From Pseudomonadota bacterium (GTDB lineage: Bacteria; Bdellovibrionota; Bdellovibrionia; Bdellovibrionales; SG-bin7), in contig JAWXAY010000093.1 in NCBI GenBank assembly GCA_034439715.1, positions 1 through 55,699 of the forward strand: a DNA stretch of 55,699 nt. Reading direction: 5' to 3'. Each line of letters opens with the position of its first letter. The stretch's first letter is position 1. The notes under the pieces are model-generated. The model was given only the letters and a program-made list of their open reading frames with translations. It was not told the origin of the DNA and ran no database searches. Shown here one piece after another: positions 10,079 through 18,603 of this stretch. Both the position numbers and the translations under genes were made by a program.

Positions 10079-10485
10079 AAAAAACTCCTCTTTTCTTTTT
10101 TATCTAAGAATATAAATATTGTTATAAGTAGAAAACTAATGAAAGACATGATTGGAATGGTAATAACTCCAAATAATTCAAGTTGTCTGGAAGTACATGA
10201 AAGTTCTTTTGTACAAGGAGCCAAGGCTTCGGAGATGACACCATAGTAAAGCAGATTGTGATAAACTGAGACAGCGAGCCCCAATAAAATAAAAGGCATG
10301 GCGTATTTTTTATAGTTCTGATCTTCAGTCCAAAGTGCCGCAGCAAAAATCCACACCAGAGGATACAAGAATATTCGCTGATACCAACATAACGTACAGG
10401 GCGGAAATTTCATAATTTCGCTAAAATAGAGACTACCCAAAACGCCCGCTAACGCTATTAAAAAGCTACTCTGAAGCCATTTCAT
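10075..10485 (-). CDS. Disulfide bond formation protein B (short BdbC type)
   Basis: PCTLCWYQR, second Cys pair, 4 TMs; 4-bp overlap with the DsbA-like gene. Confidence 0.9.
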   Translation of the reverse strand: MKWLQSSFLIALAGVLGSLYFSEIMKFPPCTLCWYQRIFLYPLVWIFAAALWTEDQNYKKYAMPFILLGLAVSVYHNLLYYGVISEALAPCTKELSCTSRQLELFGVITIPIMSFISFLLITIFIFLDKKEKRSFL

Positions 10486-10536
10486 CTACTAAGAATAGTT
10501 AAACTTTTCAAGGTATGCAAACATATTAATTAGAGA

Positions 10537-11406
10537 CTAATTTTTCGGATACCTGACAACAACAGGCCGTTTTGCTGTGCACGCTGTGGGGCTCGGCTTT
10601 GCCCAAACCAAGACTTCCAATTCAGCAAGCGCCGTTGTGTTATCAATGTCGTTACCGTAGGTAAAACTTAAATGCGCGCTGCCCAGATCAGGAAACTTCA
10701 TGGCATCCAAAGAAACGATGTAAGAATTGGGATACGCATTGTTGTTAATATCATATACTTGTCCGTTGCAAGTGACTTGAATGCCGTTGTCAATACGGGT
10801 CAGCCCCGTCAGACTCGAAGTATTAAAACCATTTCCCGACGACATATCGTCGCCGGATAGAATCACACCGCCAGCAAAAGCTTTCAGAGTGTCGAAGGTG
10901 GATTGTTTTCCCATTGGGAACCCGGGATTCACTAACCAAACGACATCATAACCAATAAGGTCAGAGGCCTTAAGTCCATCTACGGGTTCATCGATGTGGT
11001 TCGGGCTATAGCGAAATAATAAATTCTGCCAGAGATTTCTGAAGTCATCGGGGGATTCGCCGTGATGGTTGAGATCAAGTACAACTAGCACCTTAGGATT
11101 AGTCACTGGCGAAGCATATTGAACCATTTTTTCAGCGACAAGTTGGGCTGACACCTGATCTACAGTGGGATTTGGCAAATTGTCGCTATCTCCAAAAGCC
11201 AAAAGAATTGTAACTACTCCCGGTTTGTCGACTAGTGGTGCTGGAATACATTTTATATCTTGGGGATCACAACTAAGTACATTGACTCCGCCGCCAGTTT
11301 TACTATTTGTGGAAAATTTCACATTGCTGCAGTTCTGATAAGTAACAAGACAGCCGATAAGTGCGATATAAAAGATGTGAGTTCGAAATGAGTACAATGA
11401 ATACAT
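10537..11406 (-). CDS. Exported/lipoprotein hypothetical protein (YQNCS signal)
   Basis: Hydrophobic N-terminus ending TYQNCS; GGAGG RBS. Confidence 0.7.
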   Translation of the reverse strand: MYSLYSFRTHIFYIALIGCLVTYQNCSNVKFSTNSKTGGGVNVLSCDPQDIKCIPAPLVDKPGVVTILLAFGDSDNLPNPTVDQVSAQLVAEKMVQYASPVTNPKVLVVLDLNHHGESPDDFRNLWQNLLFRYSPNHIDEPVDGLKASDLIGYDVVWLVNPGFPMGKQSTFDTLKAFAGGVILSGDDMSSGNGFNTSSLTGLTRIDNGIQVTCNGQVYDINNNAYPNSYIVSLDAMKFPDLGSAHLSFTYGNDIDNTTALAELEVLVWAKPSPTACTAKRPVVVRYPKN

Positions 11407-11716
11407 GGACCCTCCACAGTTATCTGTCGGCAGAATGGTGTGATTTATGTAATGGTGTCTCGTTTTGAAATCAAAATATTATTTTTTGTGACTAATATCG
11501 ATGCTAATTATTTTTTTTATTGATTATTCCTAGACCTTTGCAAGTTGCGCGTCATTTTAAATTGATCGGAAATATTTTTTAAAATTCACGTGTTTACCGT
11601 CTGCAATAATATTTTTTATTTTTTTTAAAAAAAATAAAAAAAATAAATTAAATGCAGGGTTGACTCGAAGATTTATTTTGCGTTCAATGGCTTTAAGAAA
11701 AACAAAGGAGTATAAG

Positions 11717-12475
11717 ATGACAAAAATAACAAGAATAGTTTCTGTATTGGCGCTCGTAATGAGCGGAGCGTTTGCTGCAGCCGAGATTGGCCCTCTTACT
11801 GAGCAACAAAAAAAGGATTTTCTCGAAACTCTTGATTCCGCTTCGCGCGGTTTTCGCTTATTCGGCGATGCTATGGAAAAGAAATCAAAAGGCACAGATG
11901 AAGTATATGAAAAAATTTATGCTTTGGTTTCTCAGGGTTGCAAATTCTCTAAGAACAAGTCCGAAAAAGACGGTATTGATACTGTAGTACTTGAAGCTGC
12001 TGTTGAAGCTGCTGTTGAAGCTGCCTGCCCGGTAGTTATGAAAGCTGTAAAGTCCAGTAAAAAAGTCGACGAAACCGTTTCAGAAAAAACTTCTGAACTC
12101 AGTTATCAAGCTAGCGAAATTTTGCATGCTCTTAACGATGTCCTAGGCATTGCAGAAACAGGAGTCGGCCAAACGACTCATTCAAGTGATCAAGCAGGAC
12201 GTACTTATCATATTGAGAGAACTTTTACGGGTAATGTTGTTAGCCAGAAATTTGGAAAACTAGATTACACTGTAAAGACAATCACAGATGCAATGTACGC
12301 CAACGAATCGAAGTCCTCAAAAGTCAATTCTGAAACTGTACTGAGCACTAAAATGGGTGATGTTGAGATTGAGTTAAAAATTGTTTATAAACGTGAAGGC
12401 GAAGTGTCTACAAAAGAATCAACTCTTAATGGTGAAAAAGTTGAAGTTAATTTTGTTCCCTTTTCCTTAAGGTAA
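11717..12475 (+). CDS. Secreted hypothetical protein
   Basis: AGGAG RBS before ATG 11717; signal peptide ending AFA; followed by terminator. Confidence 0.75.
   Translation: MTKITRIVSVLALVMSGAFAAAEIGPLTEQQKKDFLETLDSASRGFRLFGDAMEKKSKGTDEVYEKIYALVSQGCKFSKNKSEKDGIDTVVLEAAVEAAVEAACPVVMKAVKSSKKVDETVSEKTSELSYQASEILHALNDVLGIAETGVGQTTHSSDQAGRTYHIERTFTGNVVSQKFGKLDYTVKTITDAMYANESKSSKVNSETVLSTKMGDVEIELKIVYKREGEVSTKESTLNGEKVEVNFVPFSLR
11991..12024 (+). repeat. In-frame 12-bp tandem repeat (ttgaagctgctg x about 2.8; EAAV units)
   Basis: ttgaagctgctg ttgaagctgctg ttgaagctgc read directly. Confidence 0.85.
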
Positions 12476-12506
12476 ATTTAGTAGTATAAATAATTTTTGT
12501 AGTACG

Positions 12507-12540
12507 AATAAGGAGGAGTGATACTTCTCCTTATTTTTTT
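12507..12540 (+). terminator. Rho-independent terminator
   Basis: aataaggaggagt-gat-acttctccttatt stem-loop followed by a T run, about 30 bp after stop 12475. Confidence 0.8.
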
Positions 12541-12757
12541 AATTGCCACTTGGAGTGGCATTTTCTCCAATGGAAAGTTAATTCTAAAAATTTTTTTGAA
12601 ATATAAAACTGGACCTGAGACTTGAAGTTTTACGTCACTAAGTAACAATAAATTGGGCTTTTTTTTTCTGGGACAATTTGCGCAAAAGTTATTGAGGAGT
12701 TGTGCCGCAGTAATGTCTTAAATCAATTCAGACGAATGCACGTATCTTTGAAAATTT

Positions 12758-12773
12758 TGGAATGAGACTTGCT
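12758..12773 (+). promoter_or_regulatory. Putative sigma54 promoter
   Basis: TGGAATGAGACTTGCT (GG-N10-GC), 35 bp before ATG 12809. Confidence 0.65.
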
Positions 12774-12808
12774 TTAGAGACTAGTAATCCCAATGAAAGG
12801 TTCGACGA

Positions 12809-13222
12809 ATGGAAAGCTTGAAAAAAAAGAGAGTACTTATAATTGACGATGATGAGAGCCAAGCTCTTTTGGTAACGGCGATTATTGAAAAGTGCGAGCA
12901 GTTCGTGCACATTGACTGGGCGGCTACCTCTGCAGAGGCATTTAATTTTTTAAAAAATCAGAAATCTGTCGCTGCGGTCAGTGCTTATGATCTTATCATT
13001 GCTGATATCCTATTGGAGGGGGCAGTCACCGGTTGTGACATTTGGCGATTATGTCGGGCAGAATTTCCAAATGTGCCAGTGGTTCTTACGTCAAGTATAG
13101 ATACCGACGAAATCCATCAAATGTTTTGGAGTGAAAGCAATAAGCCCTATTACCTACAGAAGCCTTTAGACTTAGATAGGACTCGAGAAATATTGACTTT
13201 ATCTTTACAGGGAGGCGCATGA
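12809..13222 (+). CDS. Single-domain response regulator (receiver)
   Basis: IIDDD, IIADI (phospho-Asp), LTS, QKP. Confidence 0.85.
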   Translation: MESLKKKRVLIIDDDESQALLVTAIIEKCEQFVHIDWAATSAEAFNFLKNQKSVAAVSAYDLIIADILLEGAVTGCDIWRLCRAEFPNVPVVLTSSIDTDEIHQMFWSESNKPYYLQKPLDLDRTREILTLSLQGGA

Positions 13223-13273
13223 AGAGGTTTTCGAAACGGCATGAAGCGTGATTTTAATATTTAAGGAGGAATT

Positions 13274-13618
13274 ATGTTATTTTTAAATAAGCTAAACGAA
13301 CTAGAGAGTGCGATATCAAGAAAACTTTGTTGGGTGCTGTTTGGACTCCACGACGTAGAACGAGAGTCTTGGTTTAGTCCTTATGGGGGACCCAATCAGC
13401 TTCAATCTGAGGTAAATGAGTGTCGCAACCTCATTCAATCAATATTAAAGGACCTTAACTTTGGCTCAAAAACAGCTGGCACCTTGAAGTTTTCTGAGTT
13501 CATGGCTAAAGGTTCTAAAACCTACCCCGCATCTCTAAACTTTATGGATTGGAGTGAGGAAGAAAGAGGAGGCTCATATGTTCAACCATTACGACAAACA
13601 GCAGATAGTTTCAAATAA
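13274..13618 (+). CDS. Hypothetical protein
   Basis: Strong AGGAGG RBS; position within the cluster. Confidence 0.55.
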   Translation: MLFLNKLNELESAISRKLCWVLFGLHDVERESWFSPYGGPNQLQSEVNECRNLIQSILKDLNFGSKTAGTLKFSEFMAKGSKTYPASLNFMDWSEEERGGSYVQPLRQTADSFK

Positions 13619-13946
13619 CGTTTGTATCAGCTGCACTGGCTATAAATTAGATGGCGCCACACTGACTTTCGCGAATTCAAAAATTCGTCAGTTGCAGGAC
13701 TATTGCCCTAGTGATGCCTTCATTGAACTTGGGGTTAAGCGAGCGAAATCCCAGTACTCCATTCAATTAGTAGTTCGTGCATCGGATAGTGAAATTTCTG
13801 CAGATTGTAATGGCCGCAGTTTGCCTGCAGCACTTGAAGAATCGTTAAGTGCTGTACACGCGCGATTGCGGGAATGGCGAAAAGAGAGATTTCAATGTCC
13901 CAGCAAACATGGTATTAGTCAGGAGTTAAAAGGCGGTTATAACTGA
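13578..13946 (+). CDS. HPF/RaiA-like (sigma54 modulation/ribosome hibernation fold) protein
   Basis: AGGAGG RBS before ATG 13578; beta-alpha-beta-beta-beta-alpha pattern ending SLPAALEESLSAVHARLREWR. Confidence 0.55.
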   Translation: MFNHYDKQQIVSNNVCISCTGYKLDGATLTFANSKIRQLQDYCPSDAFIELGVKRAKSQYSIQLVVRASDSEISADCNGRSLPAALEESLSAVHARLREWRKERFQCPSKHGISQELKGGYN

Positions 13947-14257
13947 TGTTAACACCAGAAGAAAAGAGCATGATAAGTACGGATCCCATTTTAGCTGACA
14001 TTATGCCGGGATATATTGAGCGTCGCAGAAAGGACATTTCTGATCTTCATGCAGCCTTCGATGAGAACGACTTTTTTCGCATGAAATCAATTTGTCATCA
14101 GGTGAGAGGGAATGCCATTACTTTCGGTTTTAAGGGACTCCATCAGATTTGCACAGAAATAGAGGATGCCTTAGGACAACAGGATTATTCCGACATTAAA
14201 AATAAAATATCGGTTTTAGATAATTTTAAAAATTGGCTTAAGGATCATAGTCACTAG
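13946..14257 (+). CDS. Stand-alone Hpt histidine phosphotransfer protein
   Basis: ICHQVRGNAITFGF (HxxKG-like); all-helical; TGATG coupling with the upstream gene. Confidence 0.8.
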   Translation: MLTPEEKSMISTDPILADIMPGYIERRRKDISDLHAAFDENDFFRMKSICHQVRGNAITFGFKGLHQICTEIEDALGQQDYSDIKNKISVLDNFKNWLKDHSH

Positions 14258-14267
14258 ATGCGGCACT

Positions 14268-15737
14268 CTAGTCGTTGGTTTTACGTCTGAGTGTCTTTCG
14301 ATCGATCCCTAAAATTTTAGCCGCTTGTTCTTTGTGGCCTTCGGTTTTTGAGAGTACAAAATCAATATATTGCTTTTCTAATTGGTCCAAAGAGGGCATT
14401 TCTTTGAAGCCCTCATAAATCGGGTTGCCTGGCTTGGCCAAAATTACATCAAGGTCAGATGGCTCAATAACATTTCTGTCACAAAGAACGAGCGTTCTCT
14501 CAATGAGATTTTCAAGTTCTCGAACGTTACCGGGCCAAGCGTGAGACTTTAATCTTTCAATGGCGTCCTTAGAAAGTGTCTTTCTACTTCCGCCACTTTT
14601 GCCAGTGACCGTCAAATGCTTTTGCAAAAAATGTTCACTCAACAGCTCAACATCCTCGGTTCGTTCTCGGAGTGGCGGAATAAAAAGGGGAATCACGCAC
14701 AATCGGTAAAATAAATCTTCTCTAAACTTTTTCTCTTTGATTTGCGAAACGAGATCTTTGTTGGTGGCAGCAATCACCCTCACGTCGATCTCAACAGAGT
14801 CGTTAGCGCCCACAGCCCGAACCATTCTATCCTGCAATACCCGGAGCATTTTACATTGCAGCGATAAGGGCATATCGCCGATCTCATCTAAGAATATGGT
14901 GCCACCATTGGCTTCTTCAAAAAGTCCAATGCGATTTTGTATGGCGCCAGTAAAGGCACCCTTTTTATAGCCAAATAGCTCGGACTCAATCAATTCCATT
15001 GGGATCGCCGCACAATTTATACTTACGAAGGGTCCCTTAGCGCGAACGCTTTTTTCATGAATCATTTTAGCGACAAGTTCTTTGCCCGTGCCACTTTCGC
15101 CAGTAATAAGCACGTTTGAAATGGAACGGGACACGCGCTCTATCATTTCAAATAGTTCGTGCATTTTTTTGCTTTTTCCGACCAGATGACCATACTGACT
15201 TTCACTTTGGCTTTTGTCTCTCAGCTCCCAATATTTATTCTCAATTTCACGAAGTCGAAGCGCTCGGCCAGAAACTACTTTAAGCTCACTAAAATTAATG
15301 GGTTTGACAATGTAGTCAAAGGCTCCAGTAGCCATGGCGTTCGCGGCAGTTTCTACGCTATCATGTGCTGTTGCGATAATAATCGGTACATTTATTTGTA
15401 ATCGATTAAGCGCCTCAACCAATTGAATTCCACTGATATCGGGCAAAACCAAGTCACTTACGATTAAGTCTGGCAATTTGTTACCACTGCGATCAACGCC
15501 CTTTGGTAACGACGCCAAAAATGATTCTGCATTGCCAAAAGTCGAAACTTGGTAGCCCCAGTTTTCATAATATTTTTGGATGACAGCTCTGAGGTCAACG
15601 TCATCTTCTATTAAAGAAAGCCGTTTCAAAGAAAGTTTAGGTAGCAATTCTACATTGGTGATCAGTTCATGTTGAGTCACTAAGAGTACCCCCGAAGTAT
15701 TTTTTGCTACTATCTCTTCATTAGAGCCCCAATGCAA
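14268..15737 (-). CDS. Sigma54-dependent response regulator (NtrC/AtoC family enhancer-binding protein)
   Basis: Receiver (EDD, SDL, VKP), GESGTGKE, GAFTGA, FLDEIG, WPGNVRELEN, Fis-type HTH; true start may be GTG 15680. Confidence 0.95.
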   Translation of the reverse strand: MHWGSNEEIVAKNTSGVLLVTQHELITNVELLPKLSLKRLSLIEDDVDLRAVIQKYYENWGYQVSTFGNAESFLASLPKGVDRSGNKLPDLIVSDLVLPDISGIQLVEALNRLQINVPIIIATAHDSVETAANAMATGAFDYIVKPINFSELKVVSGRALRLREIENKYWELRDKSQSESQYGHLVGKSKKMHELFEMIERVSRSISNVLITGESGTGKELVAKMIHEKSVRAKGPFVSINCAAIPMELIESELFGYKKGAFTGAIQNRIGLFEEANGGTIFLDEIGDMPLSLQCKMLRVLQDRMVRAVGANDSVEIDVRVIAATNKDLVSQIKEKKFREDLFYRLCVIPLFIPPLRERTEDVELLSEHFLQKHLTVTGKSGGSRKTLSKDAIERLKSHAWPGNVRELENLIERTLVLCDRNVIEPSDLDVILAKPGNPIYEGFKEMPSLDQLEKQYIDFVLSKTEGHKEQAAKILGIDRKTLRRKTND

Positions 15738-15761
15738 GAAATTAGCAGAATAACAGGAAAA

Positions 15762-15798
15762 GGGGCAAAATTCCCCATGGAATGGGACATTTTTACCA
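15762..15798. promoter_or_regulatory. Tandem imperfect palindromes, candidate enhancer-binding-protein sites
   Basis: GGGGCAAAATTCCCCA and TGGGACATTTTTACCA about 21 bp apart between the divergent activator and kinase genes; related copies at 12669 and 29076/29096. Confidence 0.5.
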
Positions 15799-15891
15799 AA
15801 AACTATTTTTGTCTTTTGGTCTGTGAGTTAAACTCGCTATTGATAGCAAAAAAAAGTATCAAAAATTAAAAATATGGAGCAAAAATAATGA

Positions 15892-17112
15892 ATGGAAATA
15901 GGACTGGAGAAGCTAAAAAACTCTGAAAGTTTTGTTTGTAAAAATATTTTAGAGGTTCCAAATATTAGTTATTTGAAGTTCGTCGATGAGATAGTTGAGA
16001 ACTCATTGGACTCAATTATTGCCATTGATGCGGGTGGGAAGATCTGTACTTGGAACCACCAAGCTGAAGCCACATTTGGTTGGACGCGGGTCGAAGTAGT
16101 GGGTAAGCCCTTGATCGAAACTGTTATTCCCAGAACTTATTGTGAAGCACACATAGACGGAATTAAAAATTTTTTCTTAACTGGTGAGGGAGCGGTGCTC
16201 AATCGCAGAATAGAAGTTTCTGCAGTTAATAGACAAGGAGTTGAGTTGCCGGTCGAGCTGTTTGTAATGCCCGTTCGTTTTGGAAATACCATTTTATTTT
16301 ATGCCTTTATTAGAGATATTTCTAGTGTGAAGCTTCGGGAAATGGAATTAAAAAAACTCAATGAAAAATTGGCTCTCTCTCTGCACCAACGTGATGAGTT
16401 TTTGTCGATCGCATCTCACGAGTTGAAAACTCCGTTGACCTCTCTAAGGTTGCAAATTCAACTGACTGATCGGCAACTAAGAAAATTGAATACTCCTGAG
16501 TACGGCGAAGAAAATCTCGAACGTGCGATGGCGATGTGTTACAAGCAGATTGACTCACTTTCTAATATTGTGGGCGATTTGCTTGATATTTCAAGAGTCC
16601 ATGCCGGTCGGCTAGTTTTTAATTTTGCAGAAACCGATATGACGGCATTAATTGTAGAAATCGTTGAACGATTCGCTGAAAGTATGGATAGGGCTGGATG
16701 TGTGCTCGATTTGAAGCTGGAACCCAAAGTTCTAGGTCAGTGGGATCGTAGTCGCATAGAGCAAGTTATAACCAATTTGCTGTCCAATGCCGTTAAGTAT
16801 TGCGCCAAATCTAAGGTCACGGTTTGTTTGGAAAAATCACAAGTTGACGGCCGTGTAAAAATTACCGTAAGTGATTCGGGCAGAGGAATGGACCCCAAAA
16901 CTTTATCGGGAATTTTTGAGCCATTTTTTCGTGCTGATGATCAGCGCCAGCCCGGTTTGGGCCTGGGGCTTTATATTTCGCGGCGAATAGTTGAGGGCCA
17001 TGGTGGCCGAATTTGGGCCGAGAATAAGGCTGTGGGTGGCTCAGATTTTCATGTGGAGTTGCCAATAGCTCCAACAGTCGAGGCAATGGCGTGGAGAATA
17101 TTGAATGACTAA
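15892..17112 (+). CDS. Cytoplasmic PAS-domain sensor histidine kinase (FixL-like PAS)
   Basis: PAS (WNHQAEATFGW…EAH…LPVEL), H-box ASHELKTPL, NLLSNAVKY, DSGRG, GLGLGL; no TM. Confidence 0.92.
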   Translation: MEIGLEKLKNSESFVCKNILEVPNISYLKFVDEIVENSLDSIIAIDAGGKICTWNHQAEATFGWTRVEVVGKPLIETVIPRTYCEAHIDGIKNFFLTGEGAVLNRRIEVSAVNRQGVELPVELFVMPVRFGNTILFYAFIRDISSVKLREMELKKLNEKLALSLHQRDEFLSIASHELKTPLTSLRLQIQLTDRQLRKLNTPEYGEENLERAMAMCYKQIDSLSNIVGDLLDISRVHAGRLVFNFAETDMTALIVEIVERFAESMDRAGCVLDLKLEPKVLGQWDRSRIEQVITNLLSNAVKYCAKSKVTVCLEKSQVDGRVKITVSDSGRGMDPKTLSGIFEPFFRADDQRQPGLGLGLYISRRIVEGHGGRIWAENKAVGGSDFHVELPIAPTVEAMAWRILND

Positions 17113-17488
17113 TATAAGGTCCTATCGAGCGCTTATAATCGAAGACGATTTTGATATTCAATATCTATTAAAGTCTATTCTAGAGTCTGAGAATTTTTTA
17201 GTTGAGGTCGCAAGCGATGGTAAGTCTGGATTGCAAAAGTTGAATAACGGGGCAGTGCTACCAGATGTGATTTTACTAGATCTCATGATGCCGATAATGG
17301 ATGGCCGAGCCTTTAGAAAAGCTCAACGGAAAATTGATAATTTAGCGACTATTCCGACAATAGTAATGACGGCGGGACGCGAAGATCAGAGCTTGAAAGA
17401 CGAGCTTTGCGTCTTTGGTTTTATGCAAAAGCCAGTGGATATCGAAGTGTTATTGGGAATAGTCAATCGCGCAATAAGCTCTGCTTAG
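17105..17488 (+). CDS. Single-domain response regulator
   Basis: IEDD, LLDLMMPIMDG, MTA, QKP; overlaps the kinase stop. Confidence 0.9.
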   Translation: MTNIRSYRALIIEDDFDIQYLLKSILESENFLVEVASDGKSGLQKLNNGAVLPDVILLDLMMPIMDGRAFRKAQRKIDNLATIPTIVMTAGREDQSLKDELCVFGFMQKPVDIEVLLGIVNRAISSA

Positions 17489-17512
17489 GCGACGTTAGTT
17501 GAGAAATGAACT

Positions 17513-18145
17513 TTAGCGCAGACTGTGGTAAGAAACCTTGCAATAGTCTGATCCTATCTCATAGGGAATTCGCGTTTTAATGACGTCTATAGCCGTAGGG
17601 CCATTCGGAAAGGCGGGGTACCTGGGGTCGATACCAGGATTGTTTTTAAGTTCTTTAAACAGCAATTGTTGAAGGGCAGAGTTAGCGCAGCTGTAGGCAT
17701 AAAGTAAGACCTGAGTCTTTTCAAACGATGTTGAGACCACAATAGGTTTGCTAAATTCAGAAATTTTACAGTCATCAGGGAAGGCATGGTCGCCAGAAAT
17801 TGAAATCGTATTAGTACACTCCAATTTAAATTGTGTCCAAATAACTTTTGAGTCGCTGATATCAAAGGCCCCATAGGCAGTAGCTAAAATTTTACCGTTT
17901 TTAAAATCATAAAGACTATCAACTGTAAATTCATTGCGGCGTGACTGGTTTACGATAGCGGTCCAGAACGCTAAGTCTTGTGGCGATTTCATCTGATCTA
18001 GTGCGGTATTTGTTAAATATTTTTGAAGGGCGGGCAGATTGCCGCTGGAAATAGCCGCGATCACGTCACTGAGCATTTCTTTTGCCTGATTGCAGCCAAG
18101 TATTTGGGCCATCAATAACATTAATAGCACTTTAAATTTTGTCAT
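17513..18145 (-). CDS. Hypothetical lipoprotein
   Basis: Lipobox ILGC; GGAG RBS; sigma54 motif upstream. Confidence 0.7.
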   Translation of the reverse strand: MTKFKVLLMLLMAQILGCNQAKEMLSDVIAAISSGNLPALQKYLTNTALDQMKSPQDLAFWTAIVNQSRRNEFTVDSLYDFKNGKILATAYGAFDISDSKVIWTQFKLECTNTISISGDHAFPDDCKISEFSKPIVVSTSFEKTQVLLYAYSCANSALQQLLFKELKNNPGIDPRYPAFPNGPTAIDVIKTRIPYEIGSDYCKVSYHSLR

Positions 18146-18169
18146 AAACTCTCCGTGTTAATTACGATT

Positions 18170-18185
18170 TGCTACTATCATGCCA
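18170..18185 (-). promoter_or_regulatory. Putative sigma54 promoter
   Basis: TGGCATGATAGTAGCA on the minus strand, 25 bp before ATG 18145. Confidence 0.55.
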
Positions 18186-18283
18186 ACAATAAAGATAGGT
18201 AGGGCTCGATCTATTGGCTTTTTAGCAGTTCATCAATACAAAAAAATGGCGCATTTAAACAAAATTTGTACCGAGAATTTTTA

Positions 18284-18299
18284 TGGCATGAAAACTGCT
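18284..18299 (+). promoter_or_regulatory. Putative sigma54 promoter
   Basis: TGGCATGAAAACTGCT upstream of small ORF 18376. Confidence 0.6.
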
Positions 18300-18375
18300 A
18301 GAGATATTATAGAGAAACTTATAGAGGTTGCATGTTTAATGGCATTAATGGTAGTTTGATTGAAAGGGAGCAAAG

Positions 18376-18603
18376 ATGATGGGAATCAATAACAAAGTGG
18401 CAGAAAAAGAAGGCGCTACTAAATTAAAAAAAACAAAACCCGTCGAAAATTTTCAACTCCAAATCCAGATTAATGAGGCGTTGGAGTTAGTGGAAGAGAT
18501 TTACCGAGATCTCAACACTGTTTCTTTCCGAAAAAGTCTGAGTAATCTCAGTTATCACTACACAACGAGCGGCCTCGCTCCAATTAGCACCAATATTTCA
18601 TGA
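18376..18603 (+). CDS. Small hypothetical protein
   Basis: GGGAG RBS and sigma54 motif upstream; 46-bp overlap with the glucan synthase 3' end lowers confidence. Confidence 0.4.
   Translation: MMGINNKVAEKEGATKLKKTKPVENFQLQIQINEALELVEEIYRDLNTVSFRKSLSNLSYHYTTSGLAPISTNIS

Noticed and set aside
11557..11895. 112-aa minus-strand ORF and the 11660 TTG extension
   Set aside because: Antisense shadow running into AT-rich promoter DNA; ATG 11717 has the RBS and signal peptide
12544..12560. TGCCACT-tgg-AGTGGCA inverted repeat
   Set aside because: Short and immediately after a clear terminator; cannot distinguish a second hairpin from an operator or chance
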